From Octopus sinensis (lineage: Eukaryota), in assembly GCF_006345805.1 (NCBI RefSeq), contig NW_021824739.1, forward strand, positions 1-17,814: a stretch of DNA of 17,814 bases, given 5' to 3'. Made by a program: the position numbers and the translations under genes. Positions 1 to 9,404 of this stretch are shown here, in pieces. The notes under the pieces are model-generated. The model was not told where the DNA came from. It searched no databases and saw nothing but the letters and a program-made list of their open reading frames with translations. Numbering within the stretch: position 1 is the first letter of the stretch; every line of letters begins with the position of its first letter.

Positions 1-540
1 ACTAGAGAGAGGGAGAGGGAGAGAGAGTGTAAGTGAGTGAGTGAGTGAGTGAGTGAAGAGAAGAGAGAGAGAGAGAGAGAGGGGCTGCGTGTGTGCGTGT
101 GTGTGTGTGTGTGTATTTGTGTGTTTGTGATGTGTGTGTGCTTAACGGTGTTTTCCTGGGCTTCTGCAAGTAAATTCTTTGAACGTACCTGCATACGGCT
201 GGATGTCATATTTCGTGACGTCGCACACACATACACACAGGATTAGGTCACACACGCACACATGCTCTCAGTCGTTCAAACCAGAGACAACGCACGCGCG
301 TACACACACACTTTCGACAAACATACACATATACAAATACACATACGCATACAAATCACACGCGCGCGCGCGCACACACACACACACTTATACACACAAA
401 AAGACATATAGTCACACATACACATTCATGTGTGTGTGTGTGTGTATGTGTGTGTGTGCGTGTGTGTGTGTCTGTGTGTGTGTTTGTGTGTGTGTGTATG
501 TGTGTGTGTGTGTGTGTGTCTGTGTGTGGTGTCTGTGTGT

Positions 541-579
<39 letters not shown>

Positions 580-705
580 GTGTGTATGTGCGTGTGTGTG
601 TGTCTGTGTGTGTGTGTGTGTGTCTGTTGTGTCTGTGTGTGTTGTGTATGTTGTGGTGTGTGGTGTGTGGTGTGTGTGGTGTTGTGTGTGGTGTGTGGTG
701 TACAC
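1..705. repeat. Compound microsatellite block: (AG)n/(GAGT)n, (GT)n, (CA)n and a long degenerate (GT)n
   Basis: Directly visible: AG/GAGT about 5-80, GT about 88-140, CA-rich 224-426, GT-rich 429-700. The VC/HT ORFs here are translations of these repeats. Confidence 0.95.
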
Positions 706-730
706 ATACGCCAAATATACATCAACATTC

Positions 731-852
731 GCAGGTGAGTTGGCAGAAGCGTTAGCGAGTCAGACAAAACTGCTTTGTAGTTGCAGCTGTTTACATTCTG
801 AGTTCAAATCCTGCGGAGTACGTTTGTCTTTTATCCATCTAAGGTCGCTAAA
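731..852 (+). mobile_element. Degraded tRNA-derived SINE (family B, 5' half)
   Basis: Aligns by eye to 17296-17420. A-box-like TGGCAGAAGCGTT at 741-753 and B-box-like GTTCAAATCC at 802-811. Confidence 0.65.
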
Positions 853-954
853 ACGAAGTGCCGCTCAAACAGTGAAAAGCAATCAATGTAACATTCGTAT
901 GAAACACGAAATACTAATGACAAGCAAAGGAGGTAGGGGGGATGGGACTCTAGT

Positions 955-1130
955 TGTTGCACGACCTGCTAGAAATAGCAGCCATATCTTCTCTTAATCA
1001 CCCTACTGTCTTGAAAAGAAACTAATAAAGTGTTCTTGGCTTCCCTGTACACTGGGAAAATAGAGGGTGATCACAGACGGAACACCCTTGATCAGAGATT
1101 TATTGGAACAGACCTGATACGATGATAAAC
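955..1130 (+). repeat. Unclassified interspersed repeat fragment (family C)
   Basis: CTAGAAATAGCAGCCATATCTTCTCTTAATCACCCTACTGTCTTGAAAA (969-1017) resembles CTAGAAATAGCAATGAAATCTCCCTCAAATCACACCCTACCGTTATTAAAA (17630-17680). Boundaries are approximate. Confidence 0.45.
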
Positions 1131-1175
1131 TACAGCAATAACAACATGCATAAACCGAAAGCTACTTTGAATATA

Positions 1176-1593
1176 GGCGCAGGAGTGGCTGTGTGGTAAG
1201 TAGCTTGTTTACCAACCACATGGTTCCGGGTTCAGTCCCACTGCGTGGCACCTTGGGAAGTGTCTTCTACTATAGTCTCGGGCGACCAAAGCCTTGTGAG
1301 TGGATCTGGTAGACGGAAACTGAAAAAGCCCGTCGTATATATGTGTATATATATATATATTATGCGTGTGTGGTGTTTGTGCGTCTGTGTGTTTGTCCCC
1401 CTAGCCTTGCTTGACAACCGATGCTGGTGGTGTTTATGTCCCCGTCCTTAGCGGTTCGCAAAAAGAGACCGATAGAATAGTACTTGGGGCTTACAAAGAT
1501 AAGTCCCCGGGGTCGATTTGCTCGACTAAAGGCGGTGCTCCAGCATGGCCGCAGTCAAATGACTGAAACAAGTAAAAGAGTAAAAGAGTAAAG
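1176..1593 (+). mobile_element. Full-length tRNA-derived SINE (family A; resembles octopus OR/OK-type SINEs with a CORE-like central segment)
   Basis: A box TGGCTGTGTGG at 1186-1196 and B box GGTTCAGTCCC at 1229-1239. Central GGCACCTTGGG(C)AAGTGTCTTCT segment, an internal (AT)/(GT) microsatellite, and a (TAAAAGAG)n tail. Near-identical inverted copy at 6876-7279 and a partial copy at the window end. The family name is from memory. Confidence 0.9.
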
Positions 1594-1695
1594 TATACCT
1601 GGTTCGAATGACGCTGTTTTTTATAATGTTTTTCTTTTGATATTTTAAAGTTATTTACTTTTATTTTTATTTCATACTTTTATTTCAATTTTTTT

Positions 1696-2012
1696 CTAAG
1701 CATCTTAAGCAAGTCACTCAGCTAAGTTTCCCTAATATCTTAAACAAATCACTCAGCAAAGCTTCACTTAACATCTTCCACTAGACACTCAACTCAGCTT
1801 CAAATGCGTCCGACTTAGACGAGACACTCGTTTCTACTTTCACAGCATCTTAGACAAGACATTCAAACAAATAGCTCAAACATCTTAGGCTTAGAAAAGA
1901 TACTTAACTCTCTATTTCCATAATACTTTAGACAAGACACTCGTCTCGAATTCCAACATCTTAGACAAGGCAATCTGCTCAGCTTCCTAACATCTTAGAT
2001 AAGTCACTCCAC
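1696..2012. repeat. Old degenerate minisatellite, about 9 copies, ~35-37 bp period
   Basis: Core AACATCTTAGACAAGACACTC recurs near 1699, 1734, 1770, 1811, 1843, 1878, 1922, 1955 and 1989. Confidence 0.8.
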
Positions 2013-2239
2013 TCAATCGTTTTATAAAATCCTGCTGCTTTTGAAATTTATATACCTCTTCCGGGGTCGGTAAATTAAAGTACCAGTCATATACTGGAGT
2101 CGAAACTGCCAGCCTTATCCCTGAATTTGGTGTCACCGCGGTCGACTTCTACATCATCCTTTCAACGTCGATGAAATAAGTACCTGTAAACACTCTAACA
2201 TTGTTTACACATCCTAACATTATCATTTTCATGGAAGAA

Positions 2240-2362
2240 GGCGAAATGGCCGAGTCAGTAGAACAGCGGACAGAATTCCTCGCAGTATTTATTCCGACTC
2301 TCTTCGTTCTGAGGTCAAATTCTGTCGATGTCAACTTTGTCATTCTTTCGGTGCCGATAAAG
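2240..2362 (+). mobile_element. Degraded SINE family B copy
   Basis: GGCGAAATGGCCGAGTCAGTAG...CGTTCTGAGGTCAAATTCTGTCGATGTCAACTTTGTCATTCTTTCGG parallels 17296-17425. Confidence 0.6.
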
Positions 2363-2673
2363 CAAAAAAAAAAAAAAAAAAATTCAAATCCTGGGTGGTA
2401 GTTTGACGAAACTGTCAATGATTTCAAGCAAGGCGATTTATGATATATCTCTTTGGTTCTTAGGACAGCAATGTCTAAGGTCGAACTGGTTCCACATTGT
2501 ATCGGCCCGAAAGAGCAGGCTTTTCTCTTGGATAAACATCAGTGACATGGAGAAAAGGAAAACTTGTATGTATGGTTAACTACCAGTCATCCCCAAAAAC
2601 ATTTTGACCGGGCCCTAACATACATGGTATGAAGATGTATAGTTTACCATAACTAGTGGAAGCTCTACAACAT

Positions 2674-3389
2674 TTTCTAGACCGCGCTCATGGCCATCCT
2701 CAGAGGATATTGTTCAATGACTTTCCTACAAGCTTCTTCCACTTCACCAAGTGCAGTTCTATATTTCTAGACCGTGCTCATGGCTATCCTCAGAGGATAT
2801 TGTTCAATGTCTTTCATACAAGATTCAATCGCCTCACCAAGTGCAGTTCTATATTTCTAGACCGTGCTCATGGCTATCCTCGAGGATATTTTCAATGTCT
2901 TTCATACAAGACTCAATCGCCTCACCAAGTGCAGTTCTATATTCTAGACGCGCTCATGGCTATCCTCAGAGGATATTGTTCAATGTCTTTCATACAAGAT
3001 TCAATCGCCTCACCAAGTGCAGTTCTATATTTCTAGACCGTGCTCATGGCTATCCTCAGAGGATATTGTTCAATGTCTTTCATACAAGATTCAATCGCCT
3101 CACCAAGTGCAGTTCTATATTTCTAGACCGTGCTCATGGCTATCCTCAGAGGATATTGTTCAATGTCTTTCATACAAGATTCAATCGCCTCACCAAGTGC
3201 AGTTCTATATTTCTAGACCGTGCTCATGGCTATCCTCAGAGGATATTGTTCAATGTCTTTCATACAAGATTCAATCGCCTCACCAAGTGCAGTTCTATAT
3301 TTCTAGACCGTGCTCATGGCTATCCTCAGAGGATATTGTTCAATGTCTTTCATACAAGATTCAATCGCATCACCAAGTGCAGTTCTATA
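2674..3389. repeat. 90-bp minisatellite, 8 copies plus a partial copy
   Basis: Unit TTTCTAGACCGTGCTCATGGCTATCCTCAGAGGATATTGTTCAATGTCTTTCATACAAGATTCAATCGCCTCACCAAGTGCAGTTCTATA. Units start at 2674, 2764, 2854 (88 bp), 2942 (88 bp), 3030, 3120, 3210 and 3300. Confidence 0.97.
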
Positions 3390-3772
3390 TTTTTCAGGCG
3401 CGCTCGCGTTTGTTAGAGCAGTGCGTTGACAACGTATAATATGTAGTGTATAGGTTAAATTAATGTGTTGGGTGGTAATTGTGTAAAATAACACAGAGTG
3501 ACGGAGCCTCTGTTGTAATCGATGCGACAGGGACCTTGTAAACTCACATGCAGGCATTAAATCTGAAAGAAGCGCCTTGATAGTATTGGCTATGTAGAAG
3601 GTGGAGTTCGCGGTGTCCTTAGAAATAACGTATTTAGGTATTTCGTTTTTGTATTTGGTTTGCAAGGTTCTTAAGGTGAATTCATGTGTTAAAACAGATA
3701 TTGTTGTACATCAGGACAGTCATTATACCACTGATAAACACACGCACTGGTTCTATTTCACTTCTTTTATTT

Positions 3773-4271
3773 TTATTATTATTATTCTGTTTGACTTTTG
3801 CTTTATGTCTGTACAAGTTGGCTCCAAGTCTCACCCAGAGACCTCAAGAGACAACAGGTTGGAAGTTCTGTGCCATATATTTGGGTTTTTTTTTTGGTGT
3901 TGTACTGGTGAATGTCTAATACATAAAAATAAAATTTAAAAAAATAAATAAATAAATAAAATAAAATTAAATAAATAAAAAAAAAAGTTTGTTTTAAACC
4001 TTGGGATTAATTACATAGAGAGTATTTTGCGTAGGATATGAGCAGTTCCCATGAGCACTATCTTTTGAATTTCTGCCATTTTGGGGTTTCCTGGTATCTG
4101 AGTTAGGTAGCAATTAGTCCCTTTCGCTATCATTCCCAGGGCACCTATGACAACAGGTATTGTTTTAGTCTTCAGCTTCCACATTTTGCTGATTTCTATT
4201 TCAAGATCTTTATATTTGCTCAGCTTTTGGTAGGTCTTGACAGATGCGTTTATATCGATTGGGACAGTCAT
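3773..4271 (-). mobile_element. 5'-truncated R4/Dong-clade non-LTR retrotransposon, copy 1 (RLE endonuclease C-terminus plus 3' UTR)
   Basis: ORF 4011-4271 (-) reads MTVPIDIN..QKLSKYKDLEIEISKMWKLKTKTIPVVIGALG..IQKIVLMGTAHILRKILSM*. This is the K..KY..L and P(V/I)VIGALG tail of restriction-like-endonuclease LINEs. The 3' UTR ends in (AAT)n at 3773-3786, and the 5' junction lies in (AAT)n at 4272. Confidence 0.88.
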
Positions 4272-4319
4272 ATTATTATTATTATTATATTATTATTATT
4301 ATATTATTATTATTATTAT

Positions 4320-4788
4320 GTATTATTTTTTTTTCTTCTTTCAAATTTGCTTCCATTTTTGCTGAGTGTCTTCCCGACTCCTAGGGCAAAGAAACTCATA
4401 GTATACATTGGTAGGCCATTAAACTAAATCACTAGTTCGTTCATTTTTTTTTTTTAAAGTTAAATTAAAATACAGGGGTAGTAATAGTTCCCACATCGAC
4501 AATGCTCTTCTCAATACGTGTGATGTACCAGTTAAGACAATCTTTTGCACTTCTTGCAGGGATGGTAAGCCAGGGATCATTCTCATATAATTTTCGGTTC
4601 CCTTTGATCATTCCTAGTGCTCCTACAATCACTGTTATTGTAACCGGCCTTGAGATGCCACATTTTCTCAATTCAATGAGCAGGTCTTTATATTTCTGAG
4701 CTTGTCAAACTCTTTTGCCGAGATATTATGATCACAGGGGATGCTCATGTCGATCAATAAGCAAACTTTATTGTTTTGGTCTTTTATT
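4320..4788 (-). mobile_element. 5'-truncated, frameshifted R4/Dong-clade retrotransposon, copy 2 (different subfamily)
   Basis: Manual translation across frameshifts gives KDQNNKVCLLIDMSIPCDHNISAKEFDKL/KYKDLLIE/KMWHLKA/VTITVIVGALGMIKG/TENYMRMIPGLPSLQEVQKIVLTGTSHVLRRALSM. Its 3' UTR differs from that of copy 1. Flanked by (AAT)n on both sides. Confidence 0.88.
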
Positions 4789-4808
4789 TATTATTATTAT
4801 TATTATCA

Positions 4809-4861
<53 letters not shown>

Positions 4862-4897
4862 ATTATATTATTATCTTATTGTTATTATTATCATTAT

Positions 4898-5152
4898 AAG
4901 AATCCCTTCAACACATGGCTATGATACTCCTCCCACTACTTCTGCTCGTGATCAGAGATGCAAATATCATCAGCCACTAAGGGACATGCTCAACTGGTTA
5001 AGGTCAAACTGACAAGCAAATCTGTGGTATTGATCAGAATATTTGCTGTAGCCCATCTTTTATAACAGACAAATCAATGTACATGATAACACTTCCAATC
5101 AGTTAAGATCAGAAGGCATGGAGACCACTGCATTGTACTGCATCAGGACATC
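4898..5152. repeat. Unclassified non-coding insert bounded on both sides by (ATT/AAT)n
   Basis: An island of balanced composition between two ATT tracts, with no long stop-free frame. I recall similar sequence as a cephalopod interspersed repeat, unverified. Confidence 0.5.
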
Positions 5153-5235
5153 TATTATTATTATTATTATATGTTATATTATTATTAGATTATTATTATT
5201 ATTATTACTATTATTATTATTATTATCATCATCAT

Positions 5236-5274
<39 letters not shown>

Positions 5275-5288
5275 ATTATTATTATTAA

Positions 5289-5324
<36 letters not shown>

Positions 5325-5350
5325 TATTATTATTATCATTATTATTATTA
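5153..5350. repeat. (ATT)n/(ATC)n microsatellite
   Basis: Directly visible. Confidence 0.95.
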
Positions 5351-5532
5351 TAAGTCAATTTTCTTATCATTTAACAAATTAACTAATCGATCGTTTGAGT
5401 AATCGTTCTGATATTAAAGTCTTTTCGACATCATCCGTGATTTCATCAATAACAAACCTAGCTGATTGATTGAGCGAACGATTACTCAATTAATCGATGA
5501 GTTCATCGATTAAGTGGTTAACCAATTGACTA

Positions 5533-5550
5533 ATAATAAATATATAATAA

Positions 5551-5616
<66 letters not shown>

Positions 5617-5690
5617 CAGTGATTAGTAGTAGTAGTAGTAGCAGTAGTAGTAATAATAATAATAATAGTAATAGTAGGGTAGTAGTAGTA

Positions 5691-5725
<35 letters not shown>
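5533..5725. repeat. (TAG)n/(TAA)n microsatellite
   Basis: Directly visible. Confidence 0.95.
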
Positions 5726-5727
<2 letters not shown>

Positions 5728-6169
5728 CCCAAAAATGTAAACACAACAACACATACATATAAAATATGGAAGGAAAATAACATAAATATAGACTTGGATA
5801 CAGTAATGAACCCTAATAAAATAGCTAACGTACGAAGATACATTCTCAAAGCAAAAAAAATATCAGAAATAGAAATAAAATATCTAAAAGAAAAAATACA
5901 CCAGGAAAATGTAGATAGAAGCCACACAACGATGCCCATTAATATAAACACTGAAAACAATGACTTACAAAACACTATAACATACAGAAATTGCACTACT
6001 AGGCACTGCACACATCCTACGCAGAACACTTTCCATACAATAACCATCAGAGCATCACAAACAAATCGCAGCAATACCCAAGGCACACAGAGCTGCGCTC
6101 GGTTAGTGAAGTGAAAGCACGCCTATAAAAATAAAACTACTGAATGATAATAATAATAATAATAATAAT

Positions 6170-6220
<51 letters not shown>
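5725..6220 (+). mobile_element. R4/Dong-like element, copy 3: N-terminal ORF fragment joined to ORF C-terminus, 3' UTR and (AAT)n tail
   Basis: From 5725 one frame reads YPKNVNTTTHTYKIWKENN..MNPNKIANVRRYILKAKKISEIEIKYLKEKI, which resembles the N-terminal region of Dong-like ORFs as I recall it. From about 5975, across a 1-nt shift, it reads YNIQK/IALLGTAHILRRTLSIQ* (TAA at 6041-6043), homologous to the ends of copies 1 and 2. (AAT)n tail at 6144-6220. Confidence 0.75.
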
Positions 6221-6334
6221 TTCTTTATTAAACACAAAGGGTTTACATTAAGAAAAGCATTATGGACAGTACAGGGCAAAAAATGAATGTATGTGTGTTG
6301 TTTGAGGTGTTTTGCGTTTAAACAGGAGTAACGT

Positions 6335-6427
6335 AATCCTTTCTACCGAAGACACAAGACCTTGAAATTTTGGGAGAGGGGACTAGTCGATTACATCGAC
6401 CCGAGTGTCTCACTGGTACTTAATTTG
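6335..6427 (-). mobile_element. SINE family B, 3' half
   Basis: The reverse complement reads AAATTAAGTACCAGT..GGGTCGATGTAATCGAC..CAAGGTCTTGTGTCTTCGGTAGAAAGGATT, matching 17235-17281 and 17420-17460. Confidence 0.7.
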
Positions 6428-6524
6428 TAAATCGCATCTGTAAATCGCTCTCACTCGATAGAGGATGCTGAAGTAAAGAATAAAGTGATTGATAACTCAT
6501 AATTACCGATGGAGAATGTGGTGT

Positions 6525-6528
6525 GAGT

Positions 6529-6601
<73 letters not shown>
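6525..6601. repeat. (GT)n microsatellite
   Basis: Near-perfect GT run. Confidence 0.97.
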
Positions 6602-6875
6602 GGTGGTGTTTTAATACTGATTATTGATCACGTGAGGATATTTGTTGCGCTTACAGTGACGAACGAAATATACACCGCCGAAAGTTCTTGTTGGCAAACA
6701 ACAGCAGTAATTTTATTTAGCTGAATACACGTCATTGATTGGTTGAAATTACCGAAATACTACAACTTTAACGCGAAATAACTTCGTAAATATAAGCTTT
6801 TCTCAAAAACGTTAAGAGTAAAAGATGTTTTATATGACACATTCTACCAGTGTCCGAAGTTTGAAATTGTTTAGA

Positions 6876-7279
6876 TACTCTTTTACTCTTTTACTCTTTT
6901 ACTTGTTTCAGTCATTTGACTGCGGCCATGCTGGAGCACCGCCTTTAGTCGAACAACTCGACTCCGGGACTTATTCTTTGTAAGCCCAGTACTTATTCTA
7001 TCGGTCTTTTTGCCGAACCGCTAAGTGACGGGGACGTAAAAACACTCCAGCATCGGTTGTCAAACAATGCTAGGGGGACAAACACAGACACACAAAACAC
7101 AAACATATTACATATATGTATATTATACATAATATACGACAGGCTTCTTTCAGTTTCCGTCTACCAAATCCACTCACAAGGCATTGGTCGGCCTAGGGCT
7201 ATAGCAGAAGACACTTGCCCAAGATGCCACGCAGTGGGACTGAACCCGGAACCATGTGGTTGGTTAGCAAGCTACTTAT
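6876..7279 (-). mobile_element. SINE family A, nearly full length (A box missing)
   Basis: Reverse complement of 1198-1593, including the B box, central segment and three TAAAAGAG tail units. Confidence 0.92.
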
Positions 7280-7489
7280 TTTTTAAATCTGTCGGTCAAA
7301 AGGTAAAGATCCTGTTATATTATTGGTGGGAGTGATTCTGTAATGTTTGTTGTGTAGGTTGTGTCTGAGTTGTCAGATTTTGTGGAGGTTGCATATAGTG
7401 GGGGCGAGGGGTGAGGGATAGTGATGATCACTGTGAGAGTAAGAATACAGAACTTATAATGTGTTGCGTAGGATATTGGTTATGTACCC

Positions 7490-7960
7490 AACACCTTCAC
7501 CACAATCACCAAGATCATCATCATTATCATCGTTGTCATTGTCGTCGTTGTCATCGTCATAATTGTCGTCATCAAATCCACCAACACAAATGCAAACTCA
7601 GTCCCACAACCAATTCCTAACATCACTCGCCCCCCACATACACCAACAGTAACATTATCACCACCACCACACAAACACAACCACCAAAACACCACCGAAT
7701 TTACTCTTAATGTCGCCCTCCCCTCCATCACAACTACCACCACCACTACCACCACAACCACTATTATCCGTACTTCCACCACCGCCACCATCACCACCGC
7801 CATCACCACCACCACCACCACCGCCACCATCACCACCGCCATCACCACCACCACCACCACCGCCACCATCACCACCATCACTACCACCACCACTATCACC
7901 ATCACAACCACTACCATCCGTACCACCATCACCACCACTACCACCACCACCACTATTACC
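7490..7960. repeat. (CAT/CGT)n and (ACC/ATC)n low-complexity tract
   Basis: Directly visible; 7720-7960 is (ACC)n with periodic GCC/ATC variants. Confidence 0.9.
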
Positions 7961-8279
7961 ACTGTTGTTAGTCTAAAGACGTGAATTTATTTTATTTTTT
8001 TGTTAATCCGACTTTCATTGTCGTTGCAGGTGTTACCATAATGCAATACCACTCCGGTTGATTGCGACATTTCAAGGTCATCCCAATAACACCCAGTAGC
8101 TATCCAGGTTAGGATTCGAGTGCGAAGAGCTGGAAGTAAACCCACGTTGGATCACAGCAGACCCACGTGGAGGAAACCCACGTTCCAACTTTTAGATTCA
8201 ACACCACCCACCTCTCACGCACACACCCACAAAAAAATCACCATCAACACAAGCGCCGCCAATACTACTACTACTTCTT

Positions 8280-8320
<41 letters not shown>

Positions 8321-8696
8321 TACTACTACTACTACTACAATTACTGCCAATGATTTTGCTGGTGCTGATCTTGTTGACGGTGGTGTGGTAGCCGCTAGCT
8401 TTTCTGATGTTTTCCAAATTTTGATGTGCTCACCACTGCCACCGTTACTACTATTACCAGCACAAGCGCTGTCGGAAAATGCAACAGCAGAAACAACAAC
8501 AACTGCAACGGTAACAAAATTTGCAACAATGTGATTTAGATGTAACATCAGCATAAACAACATTATTATAAGATATATATATATATGATATATATTACTG
8601 ATATCAAGCAGAATCAATAGAGGGACTCAAGGGCTGAGAGTTTCGTTCGTTAGCGCTTACCAAGCATCACTAAATACACACACACACACACATATA

Positions 8697-8799
8697 TTTT
8701 ATCTTTTACCTTCTATTTGTTTCAGTCATTAGACTGTGGCCATGCTGGGGCACCACATTGAAGAATTTTAGTCGAACTTATCAACTCCAGTACTTATTA

Positions 8800-8849
<50 letters not shown>

Positions 8850-9020
8850 GTTGTTGTTGTAAAGCCTGGTACTTATTCTATCGGTCTCTTTTGTGGAACT
8901 GCTAAGTTACGGGGACGTAAACGCATCAATAGCGGTCGTCGTGCGGTAGTGTGTGACACATACACGCACACACACATACACACACACACACACACACACG
9001 CACACACATATATACATATA
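8697..9020 (-). mobile_element. Diverged SINE family A 3' half with an internal (ATT)n expansion
   Basis: TTGTTTCAGTCATTAGACTGTGGCCATGCTGGGGCACC and TACTTATTCTATCGGTCTCTTTTG..CTAAGTTACGGGGACGTAAA match 6900-7045. An ATT/GTT tract is present at about 8797-8860. Confidence 0.8.
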
Positions 9021-9075
9021 TACCTCTTTCATTTGTTTCAACCATACGGCTGCGGTCATACTGGAGCACCACCGT
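9021..9075 (-). mobile_element. Second SINE family A tail fragment
   Basis: TTTGTTTCAACCATACGGCTGCGGTCATACTGGAGCACCACC resembles TTGTTTCAGTCATTTGACTGCGGCCATGCTGGAGCACCGCC at about 6903-6943. Confidence 0.65.
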
Positions 9076-9404
9076 GATTAATTACTTTAGTCTAAGCAAT
9101 GATAATTAATCAAACCAGCAGCAACAACAACAGCAGCATCAACAGCAGCAGCAGCAACAACAGCAGCAGCAGTGGTAAAGGCAACAACATTAACAGCAAC
9201 AAGATCAGTAGGAAAACACCCAGCTTATTACGGTTACTAACGATCAATGTCAAATACAACAGCAGCAATAGCCGCAGCTTGAAGGACATCAGCAGCAACA
9301 ACAACAACGGAAGCAGTAATAGGAACAACAACAAAAACAAGAACAATAAACGAAACACTGTGGATAATGCAACGTGGACGTTATTACTATTAACTATTAA
9401 CGCC

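Noticed and set aside
224-705. (CA)-rich tract followed by a (GT)-rich tract that could fold back or form Z-DNA
   Set aside because: Complementary dinucleotide tracts are ubiquitous in this kind of genome, and nothing marks this pair as functional.
49-997. Overlapping ORFs of 65-272 aa rich in VC/HT
   Set aside because: They are translations of (GT)n/(CA)n microsatellites running into a SINE remnant, with no coding signature.
1176-1250. tRNA gene (A and B boxes present)
   Set aside because: There is no cloverleaf or acceptor stem, and the sequence continues into a multi-copy SINE body.
2674-3389. Possible CRISPR-like array
   Set aside because: The units are contiguous identical 90-mers with no unique spacers, the context is eukaryotic, and there are no cas genes. 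The same applies to the 15-bp and 29-bp arrays.
6604-6875. Promoter-like motifs (ACGTCA and ATTGGTT at about 6727-6742) in a non-simple island
   Set aside because: Short motifs are expected by chance and no gene start is nearby. I suspect it is a dispersed repeat remnant cut by the SINE, but I cannot classify it without a search.
7480-7976. Proline-rich extensin/formin-like ORF (7710-7976) and poly-Val antisense ORF
   Set aside because: This is an (ACC)n tract that is open in several frames by composition, with no start or splice context.
8315-8617. Protein-like stretch on the minus strand (SDSACAGNSSNGGSGEHIKIWKTSEKLAATTPP) with equally plausible plus-strand readings
   Set aside because: No frame stands out, there are no clear splice sites or recognisable motif, and it is flanked by simple repeats. 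It cannot be excluded as an exon but is unsupported.
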